Shown: positions 1-6,735 of the stretch, piece by piece
How positions within the stretch are numbered: position 1 is the first letter of the stretch
Layout: each line of letters begins with the position of its first letter
IMG/VR virus record: IMGVR_UViG_3300011412_000014
Coordinates: 1-33,470 of that record
Origin: a virus
Taxonomy: Duplodnaviria > Caudoviricetes
Reading direction: 5' to 3' (one strand)
Length of the DNA stretch: 33,470 bases
Notes under the pieces: model-generated
Databases searched by the model: none
The model's input: only the letters and a program-made list of their open reading frames with translations
What the model was told of the DNA's origin: nothing
Position numbers and translations under genes: made by a program

Positions 1-21
1 AACCATTTACAACTCCAAGTA

Positions 22-60
22 AAGCCCAGCGCCGGCCATGACACGGCGCTGGGTTTCTTT
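22..60 (+). terminator. Rho-independent terminator-like hairpin
   Basis: CCCAGCGCCG-N9-CGGCGCTGGG followed by TTTCTTT. Confidence 0.6.
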
Positions 61-81
61 CGTTTCAGGGAGGGTGTGAGG

Positions 82-381
82 ATGGCAAGGCGGGGACGAA
101 AGCCGGCGACGAGGGAGAGCGGGCGGATAGACCCGGCGGAGGAGGGCCGGCCCCGGCTGGTGCCGAAGCAGGTAGGCTGGCGGAAATGGATCGGTCCGTT
201 CGCCTGCTCGATGGCGCTCGAGGAGAAGCAGTTCTTTGACCTGGTGCGGGAGGAGTTGGGCTGGAGCCGGCGGCACATGATCCGCCTGGGCTGCGCGCTG
301 GCGGTGGCTGGGGAGGGTTACGGGGACGATCTGCCGGAGGCATTGCAGCTTATGGTAAAGGAGAACCGGAGGGCAGGGTAG
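82..381 (+). CDS. hypothetical protein, possibly small DNA-binding
   Basis: ORF preceded by AGGGAGG; ATG at 82; converges on the leftward operon. Confidence 0.55.
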   Translation: MARRGRKPATRESGRIDPAEEGRPRLVPKQVGWRKWIGPFACSMALEEKQFFDLVREELGWSRRHMIRLGCALAVAGEGYGDDLPEALQLMVKENRRAG

Positions 382-403
382 CTGCCCTCCGGCCGCGTGG
401 CCG

Positions 404-637
404 TCATTCGCTGGCGGTGATGTACCGCGCCCCGTCACTGTGGACGACAATGGTGATGGGTAGTCGCTCGGCAGGCATTTCGTCCGACACGTATTCCCGC
501 CCATCCCGGTCGATGCCCACGAACCAGTGTTTGCCGTCCTCCTCGTAACTGTCGCCCGTCGAGATGTCCCCGTTGCTGAAGCTAAGCCGGGATTGCTGCC
601 CTATTCGGAATATCCGCTCGATCACGTCAGCTTCCAT
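404..637 (-). CDS. hypothetical protein
   Basis: ATG at 637 after GGAAGGA; tandem packing with 640..834. Confidence 0.65.
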   Translation of the reverse strand: MEADVIERIFRIGQQSRLSFSNGDISTGDSYEEDGKHWFVGIDRDGREYVSDEMPAERLPITIVVHSDGARYITASE

Positions 638-639
638 GG

Positions 640-834
640 TCAATCCTTCCAACGCTTGAGGGCCTGGCGGATCGCCTCGGCCTGGGAGCACTCCTCACTG
701 TCACAGATGGAGCGGAGCAGCGCCTCCTCGCCCAGGGTGAGGTAGACCACGAACCGGCGCTGGGGGCCGCGGGACTTCGGCCCAGGCTTGCGGCCTGGGC
801 TTGCTGCTGTTGGTGTTACCATCGGTTCAGCCAC
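640..834 (-). CDS. ribbon-helix-helix (CopG-like) DNA-binding protein
   Basis: RRFVVYLT..EEALLRSICD..ECSQAEAIRQAL pattern; GGAGG before GTG. Confidence 0.7.
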   Translation of the reverse strand: MAEPMVTPTAASPGRKPGPKSRGPQRRFVVYLTLGEEALLRSICDSEECSQAEAIRQALKRWKD

Positions 835-964
835 GCGCTGCCTCCTTCTGCTTCTGCTCCTCCCGCTTGCGGAGCTGCTCTAGCGCCGCCGCTTTTACTC
901 CTGGCTTGTGCTCCCAGTCGTGCAGCATCCGGCGGATCGTCTCGCGGATCTCCAGGTTAGTCAT
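827..964 (-). CDS. hypothetical protein (45 aa)
   Basis: GGGAG RBS, overlaps both neighbours as in a coupled operon. Confidence 0.5.
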   Translation of the reverse strand: MTNLEIRETIRRMLHDWEHKPGVKAAALEQLRKREEQKQKEAARG

Positions 965-1328
965 TGATCTGCTCCCGGTTATAGATGATCCGATCATAGG
1001 CGCCATCATCCAGGATGAGCGGAACGCCGATCAGGTCGTCCGGCTGGGCGTGGACCCAGATACAAGAGAGGGTGAACGCCGGGCCGGCGGGGCGATGAGC
1101 CAACGGCAGCCCGGACCACCAGAGCCGGATCTCCACGCCTCCTTTGCCGCCGAGAACACCCTTCCGGTACTCGCACTCGCAGCGGTGGAGGCGATAGCCG
1201 GCTGCGCTGCCGATGCGGTTCAGTTTAGCGATGGCGTGCAGATTGTCTCTGACGGCCTCGTAGAGGTCTCTGCCATGGATCTCCATATCAGCACCGCCGG
1301 CATTTTGAACAATCCAGGTGTCAGGCAT
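957..1328 (-). CDS. hypothetical protein
   Basis: start overlaps stop of upstream gene (ATGCCTGA); operon context. Confidence 0.6.
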   Translation of the reverse strand: MPDTWIVQNAGGADMEIHGRDLYEAVRDNLHAIAKLNRIGSAAGYRLHRCECEYRKGVLGGKGGVEIRLWWSGLPLAHRPAGPAFTLSCIWVHAQPDDLIGVPLILDDGAYDRIIYNREQIND

Positions 1329-1665
1329 GGACGGCAGCCTCGCTCTTTTCCTGATCGGTGCCCAGCCATTCCTCGGAGAGTTCCAGCCAATTGACGCGGC
1401 CGAGGGCGGCGGTGAGGAGGCTATGAGCGAGGTAGTCGGTATCGGTCTTACAATCCATCTCGCGGTCGTCTACGCGCAGGTAGGCATCCTCGACCAGCCC
1501 TTGCAGCATATCCGCGAGGATGATCCGGGCGGGCGGATGGCAGTTCGGATCGGCGCTTGTCGTCTCTTCCTGCCGGCTGACGCTCTCGGCCAGCGCCCAG
1601 GCCCGCTTATAGACGGGTTGATTGTTCGCCAGGAAAAGGGCTATATGGAATGTCTCATTATTCAT
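1321..1665 (-). CDS. hypothetical phage early protein
   Basis: ATG at 1665 (MNNETFHIALFL..) after GAGGAG, directly downstream of a sigma54-type promoter. Confidence 0.7.
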   Translation of the reverse strand: MNNETFHIALFLANNQPVYKRAWALAESVSRQEETTSADPNCHPPARIILADMLQGLVEDAYLRVDDREMDCKTDTDYLAHSLLTAALGRVNWLELSEEWLGTDQEKSEAAVHA

Positions 1666-1693
1666 TGGTTGGTTCTCCTCTGGTTGGTTATCA

Positions 1694-1710
1694 AGCAATT
1701 TATGTGCCAA
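1694..1710 (-). promoter_or_regulatory. sigma54 (-24/-12) promoter
   Basis: TTGGCACATAAATTGCT versus consensus YTGGCACG-N4-TTGCW, with correct GG-N10-GC spacing; intergenic. Confidence 0.65.
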
Positions 1711-1734
1711 TTCCTGCAACAAAGAGGAAGGCGG

Positions 1735-1766
1735 GCGGTTGCTCCTAGATATCTAGGAGCAACCGC
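1735..1766. repeat. perfect 32-bp palindrome
   Basis: GCGGTTGCTCCTAGAT|ATCTAGGAGCAACCGC, no spacer. Confidence 0.9.
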
Positions 1767-1775
1767 TGTTTTTGG

Positions 1776-1931
1776 TTACTGCCGGTCATAGCCCATGCTC
1801 TCCAGGTACTCCCGCACGGCGGAGCGGAGGACCTCGGCCAGGCTGACGCGGCGCCGGGTGGCGAGCTCCTGGAGCTGTTCACGCTGCCATGGCGTGACGT
1901 AGGCGCGGATCTGCTGCTCGTAGGCGCTCAT
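1776..1931 (-). CDS. ribbon-helix-helix (CopG-like) protein, 51 aa, not in the ORF track
   Basis: MSAYEQQIRAYVTPWQREQLQELATRRRVSLAEVLRSAVREYLESMGYDRQ; ATGA overlap with upstream stop. Confidence 0.75.
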   Translation of the reverse strand: MSAYEQQIRAYVTPWQREQLQELATRRRVSLAEVLRSAVREYLESMGYDRQ

Positions 1932-2305
1932 TGGGTAATGTCCCTCTCTTCAATGGTCACGTCAGCGCGTCCGGCTTCCTCGAGGATATCCTTCTCGGTA
2001 AGGGCAGCCTCGTAGGTGGGGCACCCCAGGCTGAGCGGTTTCCCGGTGGAGCTAATCCAGCGGACGACGTAGCGAATGGTCTCGTCCTCGTCGTCGGTCT
2101 CGTCCTCGTCGTCGTCGTCGGGCTCGGGTTCCCCGCCTTCGGTGAAGTCGGCCACGACCTCGCCATCATCGAAGTCGAACGTGTGCCTGACGACTTTCCA
2201 GCCCGCGGCCTGGGCGACTTCCTCCGCTTGCGAGCGGAGGGTAAAGACGCTGACGGAACAGCCGACGCCATCGGCGTCGGCAAGGCTGTAAACGGTGATT
2301 TTCAT
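1928..2305 (-). CDS. hypothetical protein with acidic linker
   Basis: ATG at 2305 overlapping upstream stop; D/E-rich central tract. Confidence 0.65.
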   Translation of the reverse strand: MKITVYSLADADGVGCSVSVFTLRSQAEEVAQAAGWKVVRHTFDFDDGEVVADFTEGGEPEPDDDDEDETDDEDETIRYVVRWISSTGKPLSLGCPTYEAALTEKDILEEAGRADVTIEERDITQ

Positions 2306-2715
2306 GCCGTCACCTTCAGCCTTCGGCAGTGGAGAAGCTGGGTGTTCTCGCCGTATTGGACACCGTACCACTCCTGGCCGCAGTAGGTAAACCACACGTC
2401 GTATCGGGTACGGGCGATGTTATGCCGTCCCTTGCGGATATGGACCATGGTGGTTTGGAGGTGTCCGCTCCAGTTAGAGACGCGCCAATCGAGCTTGGTG
2501 ATGATGCCATGCTTTTTCTGAAAATCCGACGGCTCAACAATCCGGCTAAGGTAAAGGGTCGCGCGGCCGTCTTTTAGCATCGCCTCACCTTCTAGTGTGG
2601 CGGCGCAGGGGTAGCAGAACGGATTGTCGTCCTTGTCTGTCGCTTGGCCGACGCCCCAGGCGCCGGGTTCGTAGGTGATGGTTTCCGCACAGCGGGTGCA
2701 TGTAAAGCTAACCAT
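2302..2715 (-). CDS. hypothetical phage protein with N-terminal CxxC..CxxC
   Basis: GGAGG RBS; CTRC and CYPC motifs. Confidence 0.75.
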   Translation of the reverse strand: MVSFTCTRCAETITYEPGAWGVGQATDKDDNPFCYPCAATLEGEAMLKDGRATLYLSRIVEPSDFQKKHGIITKLDWRVSNWSGHLQTTMVHIRKGRHNIARTRYDVWFTYCGQEWYGVQYGENTQLLHCRRLKVTA

Positions 2716-2741
2716 TGTAATCCCTCCGCATTAGTCTAAAC

Positions 2742-2810
2742 TCTCCCGAGAGAGGGAGAAACCCGCCGCGCGGCTTGAACGCGCCTTTGCATGCCGTCAC
2801 GGGTGGTGAG
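2742..2810 (-). ncRNA. mini-tRNA-like intergenic element, copy A
   Basis: ACCCGT-GACGGCATGCAAAG-GCGCG[TTCAAGC]CGCGC-G-GCGGGT, then CTCCC-N6-GGGAG hairpin and RBS. Confidence 0.7.
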
Positions 2811-2822
2811 GCTCGGGCTGGT

Positions 2823-3065
2823 TTAGCTGATCCGCACCGTATGGCCGAGAAGAAGGGCGTACCGCACGACTTCCTGTAGGTCGGTCGTGCTGACATAGAT
2901 CAGTTCGGATAACTTCTTGTCGGTAAACTTCACCTTGCCCATAAACGGCGAGATTTTCGGCATGCAGTATGCTTCCCTGACGGCTTCGACCATGGCGACC
3001 GACGGACCGACGGCCACATAACCGGCCGTCCCGTCATACTTCTTGATCTTGATTTCCGGTTTCAT
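2823..3065 (-). CDS. hypothetical protein
   Basis: AGGAGG RBS; downstream of a sigma54 motif. Confidence 0.7.
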   Translation of the reverse strand: MKPEIKIKKYDGTAGYVAVGPSVAMVEAVREAYCMPKISPFMGKVKFTDKKLSELIYVSTTDLQEVVRYALLLGHTVRIS

Positions 3066-3112
3066 CAGTCTATCCTCCTGAAAAATGGTTGAATGTTGCC
3101 ACTAAAGGATGA

Positions 3113-3129
3113 TGCAATAGCCGTGCCAA
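3113..3129 (-). promoter_or_regulatory. sigma54 (-24/-12) promoter
   Basis: TTGGCACGGCTATTGCA, an exact match to YTGGCACG-N4-TTGCW; intergenic. Confidence 0.75.
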
Positions 3130-3156
3130 ACGGGGCTTGACACGGGTGGGTCGCGT

Positions 3157-3411
3157 CTAGAGACGGCCGCTCCACGCCCGCTCACAGTCGTGATAGGCGA
3201 GAGTGTCCTCTGTTGTGGCCATGATATGGTCTAACGGACCGACGAGAACGCCGGGCTCGATTTCCCACTTGCGCGCCAGATGCTGCTTCAGTAGGCGCCC
3301 AGCCCGGCAGAGAATGCGATAGCCGGGCGACGCCTGGCCGCCGTGCCAATGGTAGGCAAGGGTATACATGACGCGAAGGCGTTCCTCACGGTTGGCGAAT
3401 GGTGTTCTCAT
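3157..3411 (-). CDS. hypothetical protein
   Basis: ATG at 3411 after AAGGA, overlapping upstream stop. Confidence 0.65.
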   Translation of the reverse strand: MRTPFANREERLRVMYTLAYHWHGGQASPGYRILCRAGRLLKQHLARKWEIEPGVLVGPLDHIMATTEDTLAYHDCERAWSGRL

Positions 3412-3599
3412 TTCAGTTCCTTGCCCATGAACCCAGGATCGGCCCACATTAGATTTGCCATGGCGGTATCCGCTTCACTCTCGCCTAACAGCCGTACCAG
3501 GTTTGACCATACGGAGCCGTTGCACAGGTCTCGCTGCCGGCGCGCTTCTCGGATGGCCGCGATGATCCGTTCCTTGCGTTCGCCGTGTATCTGCTTCAT
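3408..3599 (-). CDS. hypothetical protein (63 aa)
   Basis: ATG at 3599 after GAGAGG. Confidence 0.6.
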   Translation of the reverse strand: MKQIHGERKERIIAAIREARRQRDLCNGSVWSNLVRLLGESEADTAMANLMWADPGFMGKELK

Positions 3600-3600
3600 G

Positions 3601-3918
3601 TCAGCCTCTCGCCAGCCAAACGACGCGGCCGTTCTGCAGATCCCGGCGATGCTCGCGCAATTCCTGGGCGGAAACGAAGACCTCTTTGGCTGCCTCCTGG
3701 CCGACGCCGCTCCACACGAGGTCCGGGTTGCAGAACTGACAATCTTCCTCGTGATCCGGCTCGTCCCATGTGGCGCAGCCATCCTTTGAGCTTTCCTCTT
3801 CCTCGGCTATCGCCGCGTCAATGGCCATGGTCACGGCCGTGTCGGATAGGCCGACGGCCACAGAGGATGGATCGCAGTCCCGGTGCCAATAGCACGCGAC
3901 GTAATAGGTTAAAGGCAT
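3601..3918 (-). CDS. hypothetical protein
   Basis: ATG at 3918 after GGAGG. Confidence 0.65.
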   Translation of the reverse strand: MPLTYYVACYWHRDCDPSSVAVGLSDTAVTMAIDAAIAEEEESSKDGCATWDEPDHEEDCQFCNPDLVWSGVGQEAAKEVFVSAQELREHRRDLQNGRVVWLARG

Positions 3919-3940
3919 TGTCAGACCTCCAAGGTGAACG

Positions 3941-4013
3941 TGCTCGAGAGTGAGCAATCCTGCCGTGCGGATCGAACGCACGCCCGGGCTGACCCGAGGA
4001 CCTTCGCAGGGAA
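3941..4013 (-). ncRNA. mini-tRNA-like intergenic element, copy B
   Basis: CCTGC-GAAGGTC(CTCGGG-TCAG-CCCGGG)-CGTGCG[TTCGATC]CGCACG-GCAGG, then TGCTC-N6-GAGCA hairpin. Confidence 0.75.
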
Positions 4014-4018
4014 CAACT

Positions 4019-4282
4019 TCAGGCGATGGAGTAGTTAACTTCTTCGCCGTTGGTGAGGAAGAACAAGCAGTCCCCACAGATGGAGTAGGTGCACTCGGTG
4101 CGGTTTACGCGATTGGGCGGCAGCGAGAGCAGCCCGACTGCTTCATACCGCTCTCCCCAGTACGGACTGCAGCAGCTCTCGCACGGCTCGCGGGAAAAGC
4201 CGAGGTCCTCACCTGTCGGCTCAAGAGAGAGCAATCCCTCGCGGGCGAGCATCTCGGCAACGGCAGCCTGAAAAGCAGTCAT
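4019..4282 (-). CDS. hypothetical phage protein, Cys-rich
   Basis: GGAGG RBS; FSREPCESC..CGDC motifs. Confidence 0.7.
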   Translation of the reverse strand: MTAFQAAVAEMLAREGLLSLEPTGEDLGFSREPCESCCSPYWGERYEAVGLLSLPPNRVNRTECTYSICGDCLFFLTNGEEVNYSIA

Positions 4283-4307
4283 GGTCTAAAATCCTCCATT
4301 GGTGATG

Positions 4308-4373
4308 GCTCCGGAGTGAGCAATCCTGCTGCACGGCTTGAACGTGCATGCCTGCCGGTGCAGGAAGGTGAGA
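4308..4373 (-). ncRNA. mini-tRNA-like intergenic element, copy C
   Basis: TCCTGC-ACCGGCAGGCA-TGCACG[TTCAAGC]CGTGCA-GCAGGA, then GCTC-N6-GAGC hairpin. Confidence 0.75.
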
Positions 4374-4586
4374 CTAGACGGGAATGGTCTCTCCCGCCGG
4401 AACGAACGGTGCGACGAACTTCTCAGCATAACGAATAGCGTCGTCCCTGGCCGGGAAAGTGTAAGTGCAAGGCAGGAACTCACCTGCGTCCGTGTCCATA
4501 AGGTTGACGTGATACCCATGCCGGCCACAGGTGACGACTGCAGCCACGCCTGTATCGGTGTTCTCAAGCCGGATGATTAAGGCCAT
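4374..4586 (-). CDS. hypothetical protein
   Basis: ATG at 4586 after GGAGG. Confidence 0.7.
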   Translation of the reverse strand: MALIIRLENTDTGVAAVVTCGRHGYHVNLMDTDAGEFLPCTYTFPARDDAIRYAEKFVAPFVPAGETIPV

Positions 4587-4608
4587 GTCTATCCTCCGTA
4601 GGGGAATG

Positions 4609-4675
4609 TGCCCACAGTTGGGCAATCCCGCCGCCGGGCTCGAACCGGCGTGCCTACCAGTGCGGGAAGGTGAGA
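4609..4675 (-). ncRNA. mini-tRNA-like intergenic element, copy D
   Basis: TCCCGC-ACTGGTAGGCA-CGCCGG[TTCGAGC]CCGGCG-GCGGGA, then TGCCC-N6-GGGCA hairpin. Confidence 0.75.
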
Positions 4676-4933
4676 CTAGACGCCGCTTTCCTCCGCAGCC
4701 ATCCAGGGCTGGTAAAACACGGGGAACTCATCCCGGTGAATGCCGAGACGCGGGTTCCGACTGTCGTCAATCCGGATGCCTTCTTCCTCTAAACGATCGG
4801 CCGCTGCCTGTTCCTCGCATTCGACTTCCCAGCAATGCTCACACTGCGGACCTTCATACTGCCCACTGTGAATGTGCCCGTGTGGCTTGCCGAACTCAAT
4901 TGTGCTGCATCCGCCACAAAACCAATGCTCCAT
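4676..4933 (-). CDS. hypothetical protein with CxxC motifs; first gene of the leftward operon
   Basis: ATG at 4933 after AAGGAGG. Confidence 0.65.
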   Translation of the reverse strand: MEHWFCGGCSTIEFGKPHGHIHSGQYEGPQCEHCWEVECEEQAAADRLEEEGIRIDDSRNPRLGIHRDEFPVFYQPWMAAEESGV

Positions 4934-4954
4934 CGCGTTCCTCCTTGCGTTCGC

Positions 4955-5300
4955 TTGAGAGTAGAGGGAAGGTAGTCTAAAACCTACTCCCTCTGCTCGT
5001 CTCTCTCCACCGTCTGTCGTTTGCGCTAACCTCTCGGCAGCTCCGGCGCGCCGTCCTAAATGGATGGCTTGCCTGCTGACCGACTTGGTGAGTGCAGTGT
5101 CACCAGCAGCATACCGGTTTGGATTAGCACATCGCAACTGTAATAGCTAACTTTCTTTTCAGCCGAGGGTTGGTATGTCAGTCTGCTAACGAGGAAGGCG
5201 TATCGTCACTGGCTGACGCCACAAGGTAACGCGACACCTTATAGGCGTAGGCACGGACGGTAGGTCTACTACTAGCGTAGTGGATACCTACTACGCTAGT
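4955..5300 (+). other. hairpin-rich non-coding region, candidate structured RNA
   Basis: several stems; G-U wobbles in three of them favour the + strand; 11-bp inverted repeat at 5271-5281/5290-5300. Confidence 0.4.
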
Positions 5301-5673
5301 CTGGTTCCGATATAACATAAACTGTTGTCATGCTACGCGCGTCAGAGGTAGGCACTACAGGTGTAGGGTTGAGGGGTGCTGCTACGGTTGTCATCGCAAT
5401 CATAGGTAGGGGGTGGGCCGTCCAGCGCCTGGCAAACTCCTATAGGTACCCCCCGCTCTCTCTGGCCTGAGTGGTTTTCCCATCCCACCTGCCTGCTGGA
5501 TTTCGAGAAGCTTTATGGGTCCCATCTGCGAGAGGATTTGCGGTACACGCAGGCTTTGCAGCGACCTACGGGTTATGGCTGGGGGCGCGGAGCGCTATTG
5601 ACGGTCTGCTCCGCTGCGCTTCGCAATACCTAAGTCCTAATAAGGTAGTATACATGCGAGGATGTTCGTTCAC

Positions 5674-6132
5674 TTATTGTGAATGCGGACATTTCCTGAC
5701 ACCGGAGAGGGGATTGACTCCCTGTTCGATGAAGAAGCGGGTGACGATGCGGTCGATATCGTCCCAGGTTTCGGGGGTAGAGATGTTGGGGTTGGAGATG
5801 CGCCAGAAGTAGTGGTTAGGGGTAAGTTCGGCGCTGACCATCTGTGAGGGTGATTGAAAGACGGCGGCAGCTATCCTGGCTGCCTCGCTGGCGCGATGGT
5901 GGTGTGCGGTCCAGTAGAAGGGGGTGTCCGCTCCTGGGCGTGGTCTGGAGGTCTTCCTGGGGCGTGGGTTGCGGTGAAGGCCACGGTGGGTGCCCTGGCG
6001 GACAAGGACCGCATCTTCATCTACGTCCCACGATTTGCCCCGCATTTTTGCTGGTAGTTCCCCTTCGCGAATGAGCCTTCTGGCGTGCTGCTCCGTTATC
6101 GACAGCGCTCTTGCCACTTCTGTGATTGTCAC
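5674..6132 (-). CDS. helix-turn-helix (excisionase-like HTH_17) domain protein
   Basis: MTITEVARALSITEQHARRLIREGELPAKMRGKSWDV. Confidence 0.8.
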   Translation of the reverse strand: MTITEVARALSITEQHARRLIREGELPAKMRGKSWDVDEDAVLVRQGTHRGLHRNPRPRKTSRPRPGADTPFYWTAHHHRASEAARIAAAVFQSPSQMVSAELTPNHYFWRISNPNISTPETWDDIDRIVTRFFIEQGVNPLSGVRKCPHSQ

Positions 6133-6137
6133 AAGTA

Positions 6138-6180
6138 ATTATAACCGATCCGGACGAGAACATACCATATTCGGTATAAT
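6138..6180. promoter_or_regulatory. divergent back-to-back sigma70 promoters
   Basis: TATAAT on - strand (6138-6143) and on + strand (6175-6180), each 5-6 nt before a GTG. Confidence 0.65.
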
Positions 6181-6735
6181 ATGTTTGTGGATACTTTACT
6201 GGCAAAGGGATTGAATGGCGGCACTGTGCCGGTGCGGATAGACCCCGAGGATTACGAGTGGGCGTCGAAGCATGGCTGGTATCTCAAATCCGGATACCCG
6301 TGTCGATACGTCCCGGTCACAAGGCGGGGGGCTGGGGACTGGACGGAGTACTTCTTGCACCGCGAGATTATGGGGCACCCGGAGGGAAGCCGGAAGGTTC
6401 ACGTCCACCACATTGATGGGGACATCCTCAACTGCCGCCGGTCTAATCTGGTTATCCTATCAGCGAGGGAGCATTACCATGCACATGACCGCACGGAGGT
6501 TGTTAAGCAGTGCGTTTACAACGCGCCCGCGCGGGCCGCGAGTGGTTATAAGGGGGTCTGCCGGCACGAGAAGTCACAGAAGTGGGTGGTCCAGTTTGCT
6601 GTGGACGGTCGGAACCGGACCATCTACGCTACCTCCGATAGTGCGGAGGACGCTGCCGTGGTCTACGACGCGGCCGTGATTGCCTACCGGCCGAAGGGCT
6701 CGTATACCAACTTGATAGAGTGGGAGGAAGAATGA
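6181..6735 (+). CDS. HNH homing endonuclease with AP2-like C-terminal domain
   Basis: LHREIMG..VHHIDGDILNCRRSNL; SGYKGV...KW...AAVVYDAA; start may be GTG 6187. Confidence 0.85.
   Translation: MFVDTLLAKGLNGGTVPVRIDPEDYEWASKHGWYLKSGYPCRYVPVTRRGAGDWTEYFLHREIMGHPEGSRKVHVHHIDGDILNCRRSNLVILSAREHYHAHDRTEVVKQCVYNAPARAASGYKGVCRHEKSQKWVVQFAVDGRNRTIYATSDSAEDAAVVYDAAVIAYRPKGSYTNLIEWEEE

Noticed and set aside
2085-2120. TCG/GTC trinucleotide repeat as a regulatory repeat
   Set aside because: It encodes the acidic DDDDEDETDDEDE linker of gene 1928..2305.
2742-4675. CRISPR array or Rho-independent terminators as the explanation for the intergenic repeats
   Set aside because: Copies are separated by whole genes, are not identical, and lack U-tracts; the conservation is structural.
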